Origin: Octopus vulgaris
Taxonomy: Eukaryota
DNA length: 64,000 nucleotides
Assembly (NCBI GenBank): GCA_951406725.2
Contig: OX597824.1
Location: forward strand, 77,376,001 to 77,440,000
Direction of reading: 5' to 3'
In this document: positions 39,357 to 53,279 of the stretch, piece after piece
How the letters are laid out: each line of letters starts with the position of its first letter
Position numbering within the stretch: position 1 is the stretch's first letter
Notes under the pieces: model-generated
What the model was told of the DNA's origin: nothing
The model's database searches: none
What the model saw: the letters and a program-made list of their open reading frames with translations, nothing else
Translations under genes and position numbers: made by a program

Positions 39357-39720
39357 CAGCAACAAATTCTTGTGCAATTTCAGGATATATAAATCTAGAT
39401 TAATAAGATGCTATCGTATGTTAAATTCAACTTGTGTTGAAAGTCAACTAGCAAAGTTTGCTTTAGAAGCATTGAGATGTATTACACACACACACACACA
39501 CATTTAAATATATATATCTTTGGCATTAGGAAGGGCATCCAGCTGTAGAAACCATGTCAGATCAGACTGGAGTCTGCTGCCGCCTCTCAGCTTGCCAGCC
39601 CTGGTCAAACTGTCCAACCCACGGCAGCAAGGAGAACAGGCATTAAATGATGATGATAATGATGATGACAACAATACACATAGACACACACACACATACA
39701 TACACAGACTTATACATTTA

Positions 39721-39825
39721 TACAGGCAGGACCAAAAAGTCGCGGGGGCATTTCTATATTTAATAAGTTTTATTAAATTTAATAAGTTTTTAATATTTTC
39801 TTTTAAATTTACAATTCCTTAGTAT

Positions 39826-39861
<36 letters not shown>

Positions 39862-39973
39862 TAGGAAAAAGCTGTAAGCTAGGTGTGAAAAAATCACATC
39901 TAAACTGCAAAGAAAGTAATAAAAAAAATTATTAGAATTTCAAAACTTTTCATTACTTTTGGCCCACCTCGTA
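39721..39973. mobile_element. Degenerate Tc1/mariner-type MITE
   Basis: Imperfect TIRs TACAGGCAGGACCAAAAAGT / ACTTTTGGCCCACCTCGTA with TA ends. Confidence 0.5.
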
Positions 39974-39974
39974 T

Positions 39975-40216
39975 TCCTTTATTCTTTTATTCTTTTACTT
40001 GTTTCAGTCATTTGGCTGTGGTCTTGCTGGAGCAATACCTTTATTTGAACAAATCGACCCCAGGACTTATTCTTTGCAAGCCTAGCACTTTTTGTATTGG
40101 TCTTCTTTTGCTAACAAGTGACGGGTACGTAAACACACCAACATCAGTTGTCAAGTGATGGTGGTGGGGACAAACGCAGACACAAATAACAAACACACAC
40201 ATACATAAATATATAC

Positions 40217-40260
<44 letters not shown>

Positions 40261-40380
40261 GACAGGCTTCTTTCAGTTTCCCTCTACCAAATCCACTCAC
40301 AAGGCTTTGGTCAACCCAAGGCTATAGTAAAAGACACTTGCCCAAGGTGCCATGCAGTGAGACTGAACCCGGAACCATAG
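39975..40380 (-). mobile_element. SINE family A, slightly 5'-truncated
   Basis: Matches family A. Confidence 0.88.
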
Positions 40381-40478
40381 AGAGAAAGAGATACATAGAG
40401 AGAGAGAGGGAGAGAGACATAGAGAGTAAAATGATAGATAGATAGATAGACATATGGTCAGACAGGCAGGCAGACATA

Positions 40479-40573
<95 letters not shown>

Positions 40574-41252
40574 GCATATGTGTGTGCGTATACATAATAC
40601 ACTCACATGTGGCACACACATATATAGATATATATATGTGTGTATATGAGCGTGCGTGTATGTGGATGTGTGTGTGTATGTGTATGTGTTATTGTAGACA
40701 TATATCTAATCATATACAGGATCATACTCCACCCTCTTAAACAGTTACCAATATTCAATAGTCAGTATTGAAATTACAAGTAAAAGAAACAAAAATATAT
40801 GAAAAATCTTTCTAAATAAAAATAACAAATCCATTGGTAATCTAGGTTAAGTCTGTATCAGCACGGTAATTAATATCCAGGTAATTAATATTCAAGCAAT
40901 TAGTATCCAATTAGAGCAGGAGCAAAACAGGTCAAAAACGCACTCAAAAACTAAAGAACACAATAATGTAGAACAACAAACATAAGTGAAAAGTCAATAT
41001 GCGTTTGCTGTGGAGGAAAGGAAAGGTAGAGCAATCAATGTTTCGGACAACTGCTCTTTGTCAAGAGAGAAAATAAAGAAGGGAAAGATTTTAAAACGGA
41101 GGAAGAAAATATGATATTAGGTTAGAGATATGACATACTGGAATAGTAAACAAGAAGTGAGTAGGGTCAAGAAGTTGCATTTCAGCAGAGAAGAGTAAGG
41201 GTACATTTGGGGGAAACTGCATAGGAAGCATGGCAGAATACTGTGAAATGAA

Positions 41253-41479
41253 AGCGAGCTGGCACAATTGTTAGCACGCCGGCGAAATGCTCAGCGGTAT
41301 TTCGTCTGTCTTTACATTCTAGGTTCACATTTCGCCGAGGTTGACTTTGCTTTTCACCCTTTCGGAGTCAATTAAATAAGTACCAGTTACGCACTGGGGT
41401 CGATATAATCGACTTAATCCCTTTGTCTATCCTTGTTTGTTCCCTCTGTGTGTAGCCCCTTGTGGGCAGTAAAGAAATA
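41253..41479 (+). mobile_element. SINE family E with 18-bp TSD
   Basis: AGAATACTGTGAAATGAA at 41235-52 and 41480-97. Confidence 0.93.
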
Positions 41480-42801
41480 AGAATACTGTGAAATGAAGAA
41501 TGAGCAAATGGAGTATGAATTGTAAGATCAACATTAGGAGAAAGAGAGAGAGAGAGAAAGAGAGGGAGAGAGAGAGAAAGAGAGGGAGTGTGTGCATTCA
41601 TTAAATATGTAGTGTTATGAGTGAGGTAAAATGTGTGAGTGAGTTGTTACAGTTTTTGTGTATGTGTATGTGCATGCATATTTGCTTATGTTTATATGGT
41701 TCCAAACCATTAAACATATAAAAGATGTTCAAAGGTGAAAAAGAAATGAAGTGAGCATGCTTTTCTGGGTATGTAATATTTGTATGCATCTATAACAGAG
41801 TAGAAAGGAGCTATACAGTTTCTTGTAAAGACAGATTGGGTATAACATGCTAGAGAGAAAATTGAGCTAGTATGAACAGGTAATCAGCTAGTATGAACAT
41901 GTTGGTGAGAGTCAAGTAAAGATGTTCCATGTGACACAAGTGGAGCGAATTTGAGAGGGAAGAAAAAGACACAAGAAAATATGTGAAGAAGTGATGAAGA
42001 TAGTTAATCTTGGATGGGTGGGGCTGAACCTCACCCAAAACAGAAAAATTGATGAAGGGCTGGAAAAATGGTGTGACAGATACAGAAGATATCCATTTTA
42101 ATCTAAGAGACAACATGCAAAATGATGGTGGCTGGTGTTGGTGGGGAGGTGGGTGGTAGTTTTGGTGGTAGTGGTGGAGGTGGTGGTGGTTGTGGTGCTA
42201 GTGTTGGTGCTAGTGCTGGTGGTGATGGTGGTGGTGGTTGATGATAATGATGATAAAGACATCTTAAACGACAATGGTGATGCTAATAAGAAAAAAATAT
42301 CTATTTCTTTACTGCCTACGGGGGGGCGTAAACATAGAGGGACAAACAAGGACAGACACAGGGATTAAGTCAGTTACATCGACCCCAGTGCATAACTGGT
42401 ACTTATTTTAATTGACTCCAAAAATATGAAAGGCAAAGTCACCCTTGGAGGAAGTTGAGCTCAAAACGTAATCTTTTCTACTCTAGGCACAAGGCCTGAA
42501 ATTTTGGGGAGGTGGGGCTAGCCGATTAGATCGACCCCAGTACAGCAACTGGTATTTAATTTATTGACCCCGAAAATATGAAAGGCAAAGTCGACCTCAG
42601 CGAAATTTGAACGCAGAACATAATGGCAGATGAAATACTGCTAAGCATTTCACCTGGTGTCCTAATGACTCTGCCAGCTCACTGCCCTAAAAATATTGAC
42701 AAAATGATGATAACAATCGTGATGGACTAACTCTCCCCCCCCCACACACACACATACATACATATACCCCATCCCCAAATATATAAATATATATATATAT
42801 G

Positions 42802-42849
<48 letters not shown>

Positions 42850-42878
42850 CATATATATATATACATACATATATATAT

Positions 42879-42972
<94 letters not shown>

Positions 42973-43071
42973 TATATATATAGTGTAAGAATATTTAGAC
43001 ATGGAGAAAGAAGGGTTTCTCAAAATAGGTAGAGAGATAGCAAGAGTAGAATAGAGATAGTGTGGAGAGGT

Positions 43072-43081
43072 AGAGAGAGAT

Positions 43082-43176
<95 letters not shown>
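43072..43176. repeat. (GA)n microsatellite
   Basis: Directly visible. Confidence 0.97.
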
Positions 43177-43179
<3 letters not shown>

Positions 43180-43859
43180 AGAAAAGTAGAAAGAAGTGGG
43201 TTAGAGTAGATAAGAAAGAAAAAGCAGCCGGACCAAAATAGGGGCAAACACAGGTGTGAAATGACCTATAAAGAGCCAGATATGTTGAAAAAAAAAAAAA
43301 AGTCCTAGATATAGGTACCCCCTTATCTGCTTGCCTCTCTCTCTCTGTTTACTGGCACATTTTTCTGAGCATACACAATCAACAAGATCTATATCTTTCT
43401 TATTCTAATTCTTTCATTGTTTCTCTTTCACTTTTCTTGTCAGTTTCACATATTTTGTTTTTTATTCATTCATGTTTAGCTTTCCTTGTCTTTCTTTGTA
43501 TCTCTTAATCTTTGTTTCTGTCCCACCCCCCACCCCCGACTTTGTTTTGTTAGTCCTTTTTCTCTTTTTTTTTCTTTCTTCTTTTCTAATCCTTCTTTTT
43601 GTTATTTTAATTCTCTTCGATATTAACATTCTTTCTGTCTTTGTTTCTTCTTAAGACTTCTTTTGCTTTGTTTTTTTTCTTTATTCCTTCCCTTCATTCA
43701 TTGGCTAATTCATTCATTCATTCATTCATTCATTGGTTCATTCATTCATTCATTCAGTCTTTCTTTTTCTTTCTCTTATCAAAAATGGAAAAAAATTCTT
43801 TCCAGATTTAAGATCAGCTATCAATATTTTCCTTCACTGATTTCTCAACAGCTTCAATG

Positions 43860-43907
43860 TCATCAACCACCATCCTCCTCCTCCTCCTCCTCACCACCAC
43901 CACCACC

Positions 43908-43971
<64 letters not shown>

Positions 43972-44470
43972 CCATTATAACTATCAAACATCATCAAGAC
44001 CTATTATTACCATTAACATCATTAGCATCTCATCATCATTATGATCATGATCTCTGCCATCATGGCCACAATCTCAACCATAACCACCATGGACCCTACC
44101 ACTAATACCACTATTGCACTGCTTCGGCTACAGCCATTGCCATCGCCACCAAAAACCACCACTGCCACGATCACCACCACTACCACCATCACCAACACCA
44201 AAGCCAACACCACTGTCACAATCACCATCATCGCTACCACCACCACCAGCAGTACCACCACCACTACCACCACCACCATCACCACCATCACCACCATCAC
44301 TCTCACTACAGCCACATTCTACTTAATGGAGGAACTTTGAGAATATGCAATGACACATCTGTTGTCATTGCTGTCGTTGTCGTCATTATCATCATCATCA
44401 TCATTATCATCGTCATCATCATCAACATCATCATTATCACAAGTACAATTTTCATCACCACATCATTTTC
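43860..44470. repeat. (CAC)/(CAT)n low-complexity tract
   Basis: Directly visible. Confidence 0.93.
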
Positions 44471-44611
44471 GTCACAGGAATCAGAAGTTAGACAGATCAT
44501 TTTCATAGTAATTCAGTATGCTAGAAATATCAGTTAAATCACATGCTATTATTTTATTAAAGTATGAAAAAAATATGTCAGACAATTACAACAACAAAAA
44601 CAAAATAATAA

Positions 44612-44967
44612 TCGTGGCTCCTGTGTGCCGGTGGCACATAAAAAGCACTATCCGAACGTGGCCGATGCCAGTGCCGCCCCGACTGGCTCCTGTGCCGGTG
44701 GCACATAAAAAGACCATCCAAACGTGCTTCCGTGCCGCTGGCACGTTAAAAGCTCCAACCGATCGTGACTGATGCCGGACCCCCACTGGCACCTGTGCAG
44801 GTGGCACGTAAAAAGCACCCACTACACTCGCGGAGTGGTTGGCATTAGGAAGGGCATCCAGCCGTAGAAACTCTGCCAGATCAGACTGGAGCCTGGAGCA
44901 GCCCCTGGCTTCCCAGACCCCGGTCGAACCGTCCAACCCGTGCTAGCACGGAAAACGGATGTTAAAC

Positions 44968-45000
<33 letters not shown>
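44612..45000 (+). mobile_element. SINE family B (3' part; (GAT)n tail) with four internal GTGCCGGTGGCAC modules
   Basis: GGCATTAGGAAGGGCATCCAGCCGTAG...CCAACCCGTGCTAGCACGGAAAACGGATGTTAAAC(GAT)n. Diverged relatives at 6115, 13835, 21575, 25560, 26020, 39520 and 47395. Confidence 0.88.
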
Positions 45001-45442
45001 AAGATGGAGGAGAGCTTGGACAATTGTTTTACTGACACTTCCCTACCTTCAGAAGAACAATAGACAAATGAGAGATAAAAGATAAAAGATCTCATTAGTC
45101 ATATTAGTGAAGGCACAAGGCTTAGATTGTATAATCATGGTTTTGATTCCTGGACTGAGTGGCGCATTATGCTCTTGAGCAAGCCTCTCATTCCCCATTG
45201 CTCTGGTTTGTTTGGCTCTAAATGAATAATCCAGCAATAATCCAGCAATGGACTGGCATTCCATTCAAGAGGAATCTTGTGGTCTTGATCCCTTATTCAT
45301 CATGAAAACCATGTAACTATCTCAGTAAGTATTGGAACTCACGACAGTAATGTCCAGAGTGTTACTTATTATTTTCTACCTGTTAATCCTGTTGTACATT
45401 CTGACTGGTACCTTGTTTTATTGACCCTAGGAAGATGACAAG

Positions 45443-45667
45443 TATGAGGGGGTACTGAGATGTTCTTGGCTTTGGGTAAAAGAAAATACAGGAGGATCAG
45501 TTAATTATGATTTTATTTGACATATTCCCCCTCTCAGATTCACACACTTATTGCAGTGGTCCTTCAGTTTTCCTAACCCCTGTAAAAGAACTCAGAAGGT
45601 TGGGCCTCCAACCAGGCCCTTTGTGATACCCTTAAAGCCAGGAACTTTTCAGTATCCTCTCCCCATA
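45443..45667. mobile_element. Tc1/mariner-type MITE, uninterrupted
   Basis: ~28-bp TIRs GAGGGGGTACTGAGATGTTCTTGGCTTT / AAAGCCAGGAACTTTTCAGTATCCTCTC. Confidence 0.88.
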
Positions 45668-45939
45668 TGGGACGCCCTATGCTGCCAAGATTTTGAAAGA
45701 CATATGGGATATTATAGTTAAAGATTAAATAAGGTCTTTTGATATGACTACTCAATCAGGACAGTTCTGTGGTTAAGCAACAAAAACAATTTATTTCTAT
45801 CTATTCTATATCTGAAAACAAGTTAACATCCTTATGATTTTGATTAAAGACCTCCAATGGGTATGCGGGTATTTTGAAAATACCTCACAGAGTGACAAAC
45901 ATACCGTGCATAGGTACAGGCTGCCCCTTGGCAAGGTAT

Positions 45940-46090
45940 ATCACCTGTTCAGCAGCTGGAATAAGGAGTGGTTGGAGATCATGCAGTCGTTAGCCTCAAA
46001 TTGCCAGGTCTGGTCGGCGTTTGTGAGAGATGCAGCATTGAGCATGAATGAAGCCAGCTCAACCCAACCCTGGTAAATGCTGTCTCAAGA
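45940..46090 (+). mobile_element. RTE-clade LINE extreme 3' remnant
   Basis: WNKEWLEIMQSLASNCQVWSAFVRDAALSMNEASSTQPW* resembles the RTE C-terminal W..WL...A.DR..W...V pattern. Confidence 0.55.
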
Positions 46091-46988
46091 AGAAAAAGAA
46101 AAGCCATCCATCCTGCCAGGGATATGGTGAAGTCATGTTGCATGGCAGATTGGGAAGAAATAGTGGAAGAGCTCAACTGAGCCAACAGTGCTTCTTACAC
46201 TGATGTTGAGCAGAAGTCTCCTAAAAAAGAACAATGGTCAGGATCGCTAAGTTCTATCAATAGAGTAACCACAATGCATCCATAGGGATGGCATCCATGG
46301 TTGTGTAATCATCTAATGAAAGGTTCACGATGACCCAAGCTCCCTATTCAAATTCATAATAAAATAATAATAATAAAAAAATCCTGTATCAGGGCTTAGA
46401 TAACATGAAACTCTGACAGCAAGAGGATTTGAAATCAGAACATAAAGAGCTGTATCCAGACATCCCAAAGTATTTTCTTTAACACTCTAGCACCTCTGTC
46501 AATGTACTTCTCCTCTCTAATCTACAAGAACTATTAATAATACATAAAAGTCGATTTAATCAACTGCACATCATGCTTGGCAGAACCTGGCATTTTGCCT
46601 AATTAAAAGAATAACGATTTCTTGCCCTGGCATGAGGCCACACATCTGTTATGGAAGGAAAAGGTGTGTAGTAGGTGAGTACATCTATCCGCCATTACAC
46701 GCTTGGTACATATTTTTTATCAAAGAAATATAATAAAAAAATATGATAATATAAATAATGAAAAGAAGAAATGAAAATTAGAGCCAAGACGATTTAGAGA
46801 TGTGCTATGTCAGCAATATAAAATCAGCTACTAAAATTCAAGAAAGAAATGCTTTTATATTGCAGAAAATTAACTAATTATTAAGTAGTTTTTCCAGCAA
46901 TTCTCACCTATCATTAGTGGGGAGTTGCTATTTTCCATAGAGAAGATACATGTGGGTTAGCCATGTATCTCGTCTGTGGTAAATACCT

Positions 46989-47220
46989 ATTTCTTTATTA
47001 CCCACAAGGGGCTAAACACAGAGGGGACAAACAAGGACAGACATAGGTATTAAGTCGATTACATCGACCCCAGTGCGTAACTGGTACTTAATTTATCGAC
47101 CTCGAAAGGATGAAAGGCAAAGTCGACCTCGGCGGAATTCGAACTGAGAACGTAACAGCAGACGAAATACCTCTCAGCATTTCGCCCGGCGTGCTAACGT
47201 TTCTGCCAGCTCGCCGCCAC
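46989..47220 (-). mobile_element. SINE family E, young full-length, 16-bp TSD
   Basis: TCTGTGGTAAATACCT at 46973-88 and 47221-36. Confidence 0.95.
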
Positions 47221-47574
47221 TCTGTGGTAAATACCTGACCGTGTTCCCCTATCATATATTGACCTCTCAACACCTCTGCATAAAGCCACCACCACCACCA
47301 CCACCACCCTCTCTCTTTCTCTAATGTACCTCACTACACTCAGTTGAAGGCAAGAGACATTTTCCTTTCCTTTTCTTGTCTATGGTGACTTCTCCTGAGC
47401 CAGTAACACGAAGGAAGCATCCAGGGCAAATTGTAGAGCGGTTGGGCCTTAGGAAGGACATCCAGTCATGGAAACCAGGCCAAAGTTGACATTAGAGTTC
47501 GACGTTGGGGTGCTGCAGGTTGTCGGATCTTGTTAAACCATCCAACTCATGCCAGCATGGAAGACAAATGTAGC

Positions 47575-48100
47575 ATAATGCCGACGATGATGATGATGAC
47601 GACGATGACAGTGAGGATGATGACGACAAGGACAACGACGATGATGACGATGACGATGATGATGATGACGGTAATGATGAATACGATGGTGATGACGATG
47701 TTGATGATGATGATGGCGATGTTGATGTCGATGACGATGGCGATTATGACAATAACAATAATGATGACTACAATGACAACGGTGAGAATGACGATGACGA
47801 CAACAGCGACGACGACGACGATGATGATGATGATGATGATGGTAATGATGATGACGATGGTGATGACGATGTTGATGATGATGATGATGACGACGACGCT
47901 GATTATGACAATAACAATGATGATGATGATGATGATGATGATGGTAATGATGATGACGATGGTGATGACGATGTTGATGATGATAATGATGATGACGACG
48001 CTGATTATGACAATAACAATGATGATGATGACTACATTGACAACAATGGTGAGGATGACGACGACGACCATGATGATGATGGTGGTGATGATGATTATGA
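47575..48100. repeat. (GAT/GAC)n tract with ~100-bp higher-order units, grown from a SINE B tail
   Basis: GGTAATGATGA..GATGGTGATGACGATGTTGATG and GATTATGACAATAACAAT each recur three times. Confidence 0.9.
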
Positions 48101-48497
48101 CACACATACATACATACACGCACACATGCAGTCAGAGGAAATAAAGGTTGATGAATGCAATTTTCATTAAGAAAACAAGTCTTTCGATGTACGTCGGGTA
48201 AATGTAGTTTAAGTTATTCAACAATATTGGATACAACTACGTTTCAAAAAAATGCTGGAAGTTCTGAACTGAACGTTGTTCGTCAGAACCGGTATTTTCG
48301 TTGCTGACCAGACAACAGTGACAGTCTACCACCACCACCACCACCACCACCATCACCACCGTCACCACCACCACCACTACCAGAACTGCAATCACCTACT
48401 AACCGTTTTAGCATACCTACTACCTGTAACACCACCAATGACATTCTCTTGAGCCACCATCAGATCACTACCAACACTGCTATAGTCATCATCATTA

Positions 48498-48883
48498 GGA
48501 GGCGCAATGGCCCAGTGGTTAGGGCAGCGGACTCGCGGTCGTAGGATCGCGATTTCGATTCCCAGACCGGGCGTTGTGTGTGTTTATTAAGCGAAAACAT
48601 CTAAAGCTCCACGAGGCTCCGGCAGGGGATGGTGGTGATCCCTGCTGTACTCTTTCACCACAACTTTCTCTCACTCTTACTTCCTGTTTCTGTTGTACTT
48701 GTATTTCAAAGGGCCAGCCTTGTCACACTCTGTGTCACGCTGAATATCCCCGAGAACTACGTTAAGGGTACACGTGTCTGTGGAGTGCTCAGCCACTTGC
48801 ACGTTAATATCACGAGCAAGCTGTTCCGTTGATCGTATCAGCTGGGACCCTCATCGTCGGAACCGACGGAGTGCTCCTACTAT
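48498..48883 (+). mobile_element. SINE family C, young full-length, 31-bp TSD
   Basis: A and B boxes TGGCCCAGTGG / TTTCGATTCC; ACTACCAACACTGCTATAGTCATCATCATTA at 48467-97 and 48884-914. Confidence 0.95.
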
Positions 48884-50281
48884 ACTACCAACACTGCTAT
48901 AGTCATCATCATTATCATCATCATCATCATTGGCTTATCTTTGACACTATTATCTCTTAACAGATTAAGTCCCAATTGTCACCGCAACCATCTCTCTCAC
49001 CACGACCACCACCACGACCACCACTACCAATACCTCCATCATCACCATAACCACCACTGCCGCCATCACTACTGCGACCGTCGTCACAACCACCATCGCC
49101 ACCACTACCGCCGCCGCCGCCGCCACCACCACATAGTGGCCGCTCAACCTGCTAGAAACAGCAACTAATTCTTCATCTCCACGGTCTTAAAAGAAAGAAC
49201 AGTGTATAGTGTTGTCCTAGATGCATACTGCCAGTAAAAAACGAAAACAGAAAAAAATGACGTGATGATCACGGTTGGAATGTCTTTGCCGATCAAAACT
49301 GACCAATGACAGATGCAGTTTCTGCGTTGCTATTCAAATTTGCTGGAAATAGCTGCTAAATCTCCCACAAAATCACGCTTTTGTCTTGTTGAATGGAAGA
49401 ATGAAAACAAAAGCGCTGGTATAATGTAGTATTAGACAGAAACCGAACAAGACAGGTTGGTCATGGCTGGAATGCCTTTAATTGTATGTTTGCTGTGACA
49501 GTGTCTGGTGCGAATCAACAACAAGAGACAAATAATTTTGATTAATAAGATGGGCAACGAGGGCGGAGAACTGGTAGAATCGTTAACACGCAGGGCAAAA
49601 TGCTTAGCAGCATTTCGTCCGTCCTCGCATTCCGAGTTCAAATTCCGCCGAGGTCGACTTTTTTTTTTTTATCTTTTCGGGGACGATAAAATTATTATCA
49701 GTTGAGCACTGAGGTAGGTGTAATCGTCTTACCCCCCTACCCCGATATTGCGGGCCTTGTGCCAAAACTTGAAACCAATAAGATAGGCAACAGGCTGCAT
49801 ATATTGTGGGTAAGATTTATAATCGAATCCGTAAATCCAATGATGTAACGTTATATTATTTAAACCCTATCCCAGGAACCCATACCCAAAAGTAATAAAA
49901 AAACAAAATCGACTCTGGTGGGATTCGAACTCAGAACCTTAACAAAAGTAACTAAAATACCGCAGTGAACTAGTTGTTGGCCAGTTATAAACAATGACGC
50001 TATGGTTCGCTAATGCCTGACATTACACACACACACATACACACATACACATATACACATGCATACACACATACACACATACACACACACTACACCTACA
50101 CACACACATGCACGCATACCTATACATAAACATATATGAACGCACACATTTACGTAAGTAGAAATCTAATACACACACGCACATTTATGTACACACACAT
50201 ATACACACACAAACGTAGATTCAATACACATATTTACATAAGTATATTTGTAACACGAACATACACACATGCACGTAAGCC

Positions 50282-50324
<43 letters not shown>

Positions 50325-50327
50325 ATG

Positions 50328-50427
<100 letters not shown>

Positions 50428-50440
50428 CATATATACATAT

Positions 50441-50471
<31 letters not shown>

Positions 50472-50880
50472 TATGTATGTATATGGGCGTGCACGCACGT
50501 ACATATAGAACGGTGAACATTTGTGCTTACAAAAAATGAATTAAGTACTTAATACATGAGTTAATGTCTGTACATGATATTACAAGCTGCGGCCCTCAAG
50601 AATCGTCACCCTCAAGGTACATGTTGCCTATTATTCAAACGATTTCAGCAACATAAAACCCAATCCAATAATAAAAATAAACATTTTTTTCTATGATAGG
50701 TACAAGGCCCAGTGCTCTACAGATTTTTATATTATGGACCCTAAAAAAAAAAGGTGTAAAGCAAGGTCGACTTCGGTGGGATTTGAACTCAGAATATAAA
50801 TGTTAAGAGCCGGAAGAGATGTCGCTAAACATTTTCCCGACGCTCTAAAAATTATGCCGGTTTGCCGTTATTTGTAACGA

Positions 50881-51292
50881 AGGAGTGGCGATGTGTGGTA
50901 AGTAGCTTGCTAACCAACCACATGGTTCCGGGTTCAGTCCTCTGCGTGTTTAGCATCTTGGGCAAGTGTCTTCTGCTATAGCCCCGGGCCGACCAATGCC
51001 TTGTGAGTGGATTTGGTAGACAGAAACTGAAAGAAGCCTGTCGTATATATGTATATATATATGTATATAGCATGTGTGTTTGTGTGTCTGTGTTTGTCCT
51101 TACAAGCATTGCTTGACAACCGATGCTGGTGTGTTTACGTAGCCCGTCACTTAGCGGTTCGGCAAAAGAGATAGTAGAATAAGTACTGGGCTCCCAAAGA
51201 ATAAGTCCCAGGGTTGATTTGCTCGACTAAAGGCGGTGCTCCAGCATGGCCGCAGTCAAATGATTGAAACAAGTAAAAGAGTAAAAGAGTAA
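50881..51292 (+). mobile_element. SINE family A, full length
   Basis: Both halves and the (GTAAAAGA)n tail are present. Confidence 0.93.
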
Positions 51293-51355
51293 GGCACAAG
51301 ACCTGCAATTTGGAGGACGGAGCTAGTCGATTTCATTGATCCAAGTATTCTTAAA

Positions 51356-51660
51356 TGGAGGCACATGGCCTTGTCGTTAGAGCAGCAGACTCGCGGTCGA
51401 GGGCTCGCGGGTTCGAATCTCAGACCGGGCGATGTGTGTGTTTTATGAGCGAAACACCTAATCTCCACGCGGCTCCGGCAGAAGGTAATGGCGAGCTTCT
51501 GCTGACTCTTTCGCCACAAGTTTCTCTCACTCCTTCCTCCTGCATCTTGCAGCTCTCCTGCGACGGACCGGCGTCCTGTCGCAGGTGGTGAACCTATACG
51601 CCAAGGAAACCTGGGAAACCGGCCCTTATGAGCCAGGCATGGCTCGAGAAAGAACAAGCA
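51356..51660 (+). mobile_element. SINE family C variant
   Basis: tRNA head with GGTTCGAATCT; body GCGACGGACCGGCGTCCTGTC..GGAAACCGGCCCTTATGAGCC. Confidence 0.88.
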
Positions 51661-51924
51661 ATTCATGTTTTCGATCCCGAAAGGATAGAAAGTAAAGCTG
51701 ACCACGACGTGATTCGTGTTTTCTAAGTCAAAAACGTAAAAAAAAAAAATAAAAATAAAAAATAAAAAAAAGTCGGAAAAAATTATTACAAAATTATTCC
51801 CCAACGTTTTAAATATTCTTCTTGCACGTAATTATTTCTAATTAAGAACAAGGCCTGAAATTAATGGAGAGGGGCTTGCTGATTATTAAATCGATAATAT
51901 ACAAATACATGAATAAATCGACAC

Positions 51925-52700
51925 AGGCGTGGTTGTGTGGTAAGGAGCATGCTTACCAACCATATGGTTCAGGGCTCAGTCCCACTGCGTGGCACCTTCA
52001 GCAAGTTTCTTCTACTATTGCCTCAGATCAACCAAAACCTTGTGAGTGGATTTGGTAGACAGAAAATGAAAGAAGCCTCTCGTATATGCATGCATGCATG
52101 CATGCATGTATGTATGTATGTATGTATGCATGTATGTATGCATGCATGCATGTATGTATGCATGTATGTATGTATGTATGTATGTATGTATGTATGCATG
52201 TATGTATGTATGTATGCATGCATGTATGTATGTATGTATGTATGTATGTATGTATGTATGTATGCATGTATGTATGCATGCATGTATGTATGTATGCATG
52301 TATGTATGTATGTATGCATGCATGTATGTATGTATGTATGTATGTATGTATGTATGCATGTATGTATGTATGTATGTATGTATGTATGTATGCATGCATG
52401 CATGTATGTATGTATGTACCACTATTTTACACTTGTTTCTTATATGTGTGTGTGTGAGTGTGTGTGTGTGTTTGTCCCCCCATCACCACCATCACTTGAC
52501 AATCGGTGTTGGTGTGTTTCCGCCTCCGTAACTTAGCAGTTCGATAAAAAAAAGGAGACCGTTAGAATAAGTACTAAGCTTATAAAGAATAAGTCTTGGG
52601 GTCAGTTTCTTCGAAGGAACCCCCCCCCCAAAAAAAAACAACCTTTATGGCGGTGTTCCAGCATGGCCGCAGTCAAATAACTGAAACAATTAAAAATGAA
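51925..52700 (+). mobile_element. SINE family A with internal (TATG/CATG)n expanded to ~335 bp
   Basis: Head at 51925-52083, microsatellite at 52084-52418, 3' half at 52470-52700. Confidence 0.9.
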
Positions 52701-52857
52701 AGAGTATGTATAGCTGAGACGTGCAGTCTTCCTGGTAGAGGCGGAATTCTCCAGAGGAACTACTATTGAAACCCACACATCAAAGACCACTGTAACCCTT
52801 CAAGTGCAATTGCACTCTCCCGAACTGCTGTACTCCATTCTGCAGATGCATTCTTGT

Positions 52858-53232
52858 ATTCTTTTACTCGTTTCAGTCATTTGACTGTAGCCATGCTGGA
52901 GTACCATCTTAAAAGGGTTTATTTTAGTCGAAGAAATCGATCCCATGACTTACTCTTCGCAATCTGTCTCTTTTGCCAAACTGCTAAGTAAAACGGGGAC
53001 GTAAACACACCAACATCGGTTGTCAAGCGATGGTGGAGGACAGACAGACAAACAGACACACACCCACACACACATACGGCAGGCTTCTTTCAGTTTCTGT
53101 GTACCAAATCCACTCACAAGGCTTTGGTCGGCCAGAGGCTATGGCAGAAGACACTCGCCCAAGGTATTACGCAGTGGGATTGAACCCAGAACCATGTGGT
53201 TCGGAAGCAAGCTTCTCACTACATAGCCACGC
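52858..53232 (-). mobile_element. SINE family A
   Basis: Matches family A. Confidence 0.9.
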
Positions 53233-53279
53233 GTGCGACTATGCTTACAGCACTTCCATCCATTCTAGTAAATAACGGT

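Noticed and set aside
48236-48292. Minus-strand CTGACGA...GAAACGTA
   Set aside because: No convincing stem I or II.
48498-48570. SINE heads as functional tRNA genes
   Set aside because: A and B boxes are present but continue into SINE bodies with TSDs; no complete cloverleaf.
50580-50628. Minus-strand peptide TCTLRVTILEGRSL resembling a C2-domain first strand
   Set aside because: Bounded by stops, weak splice sites and too short to distinguish from chance.
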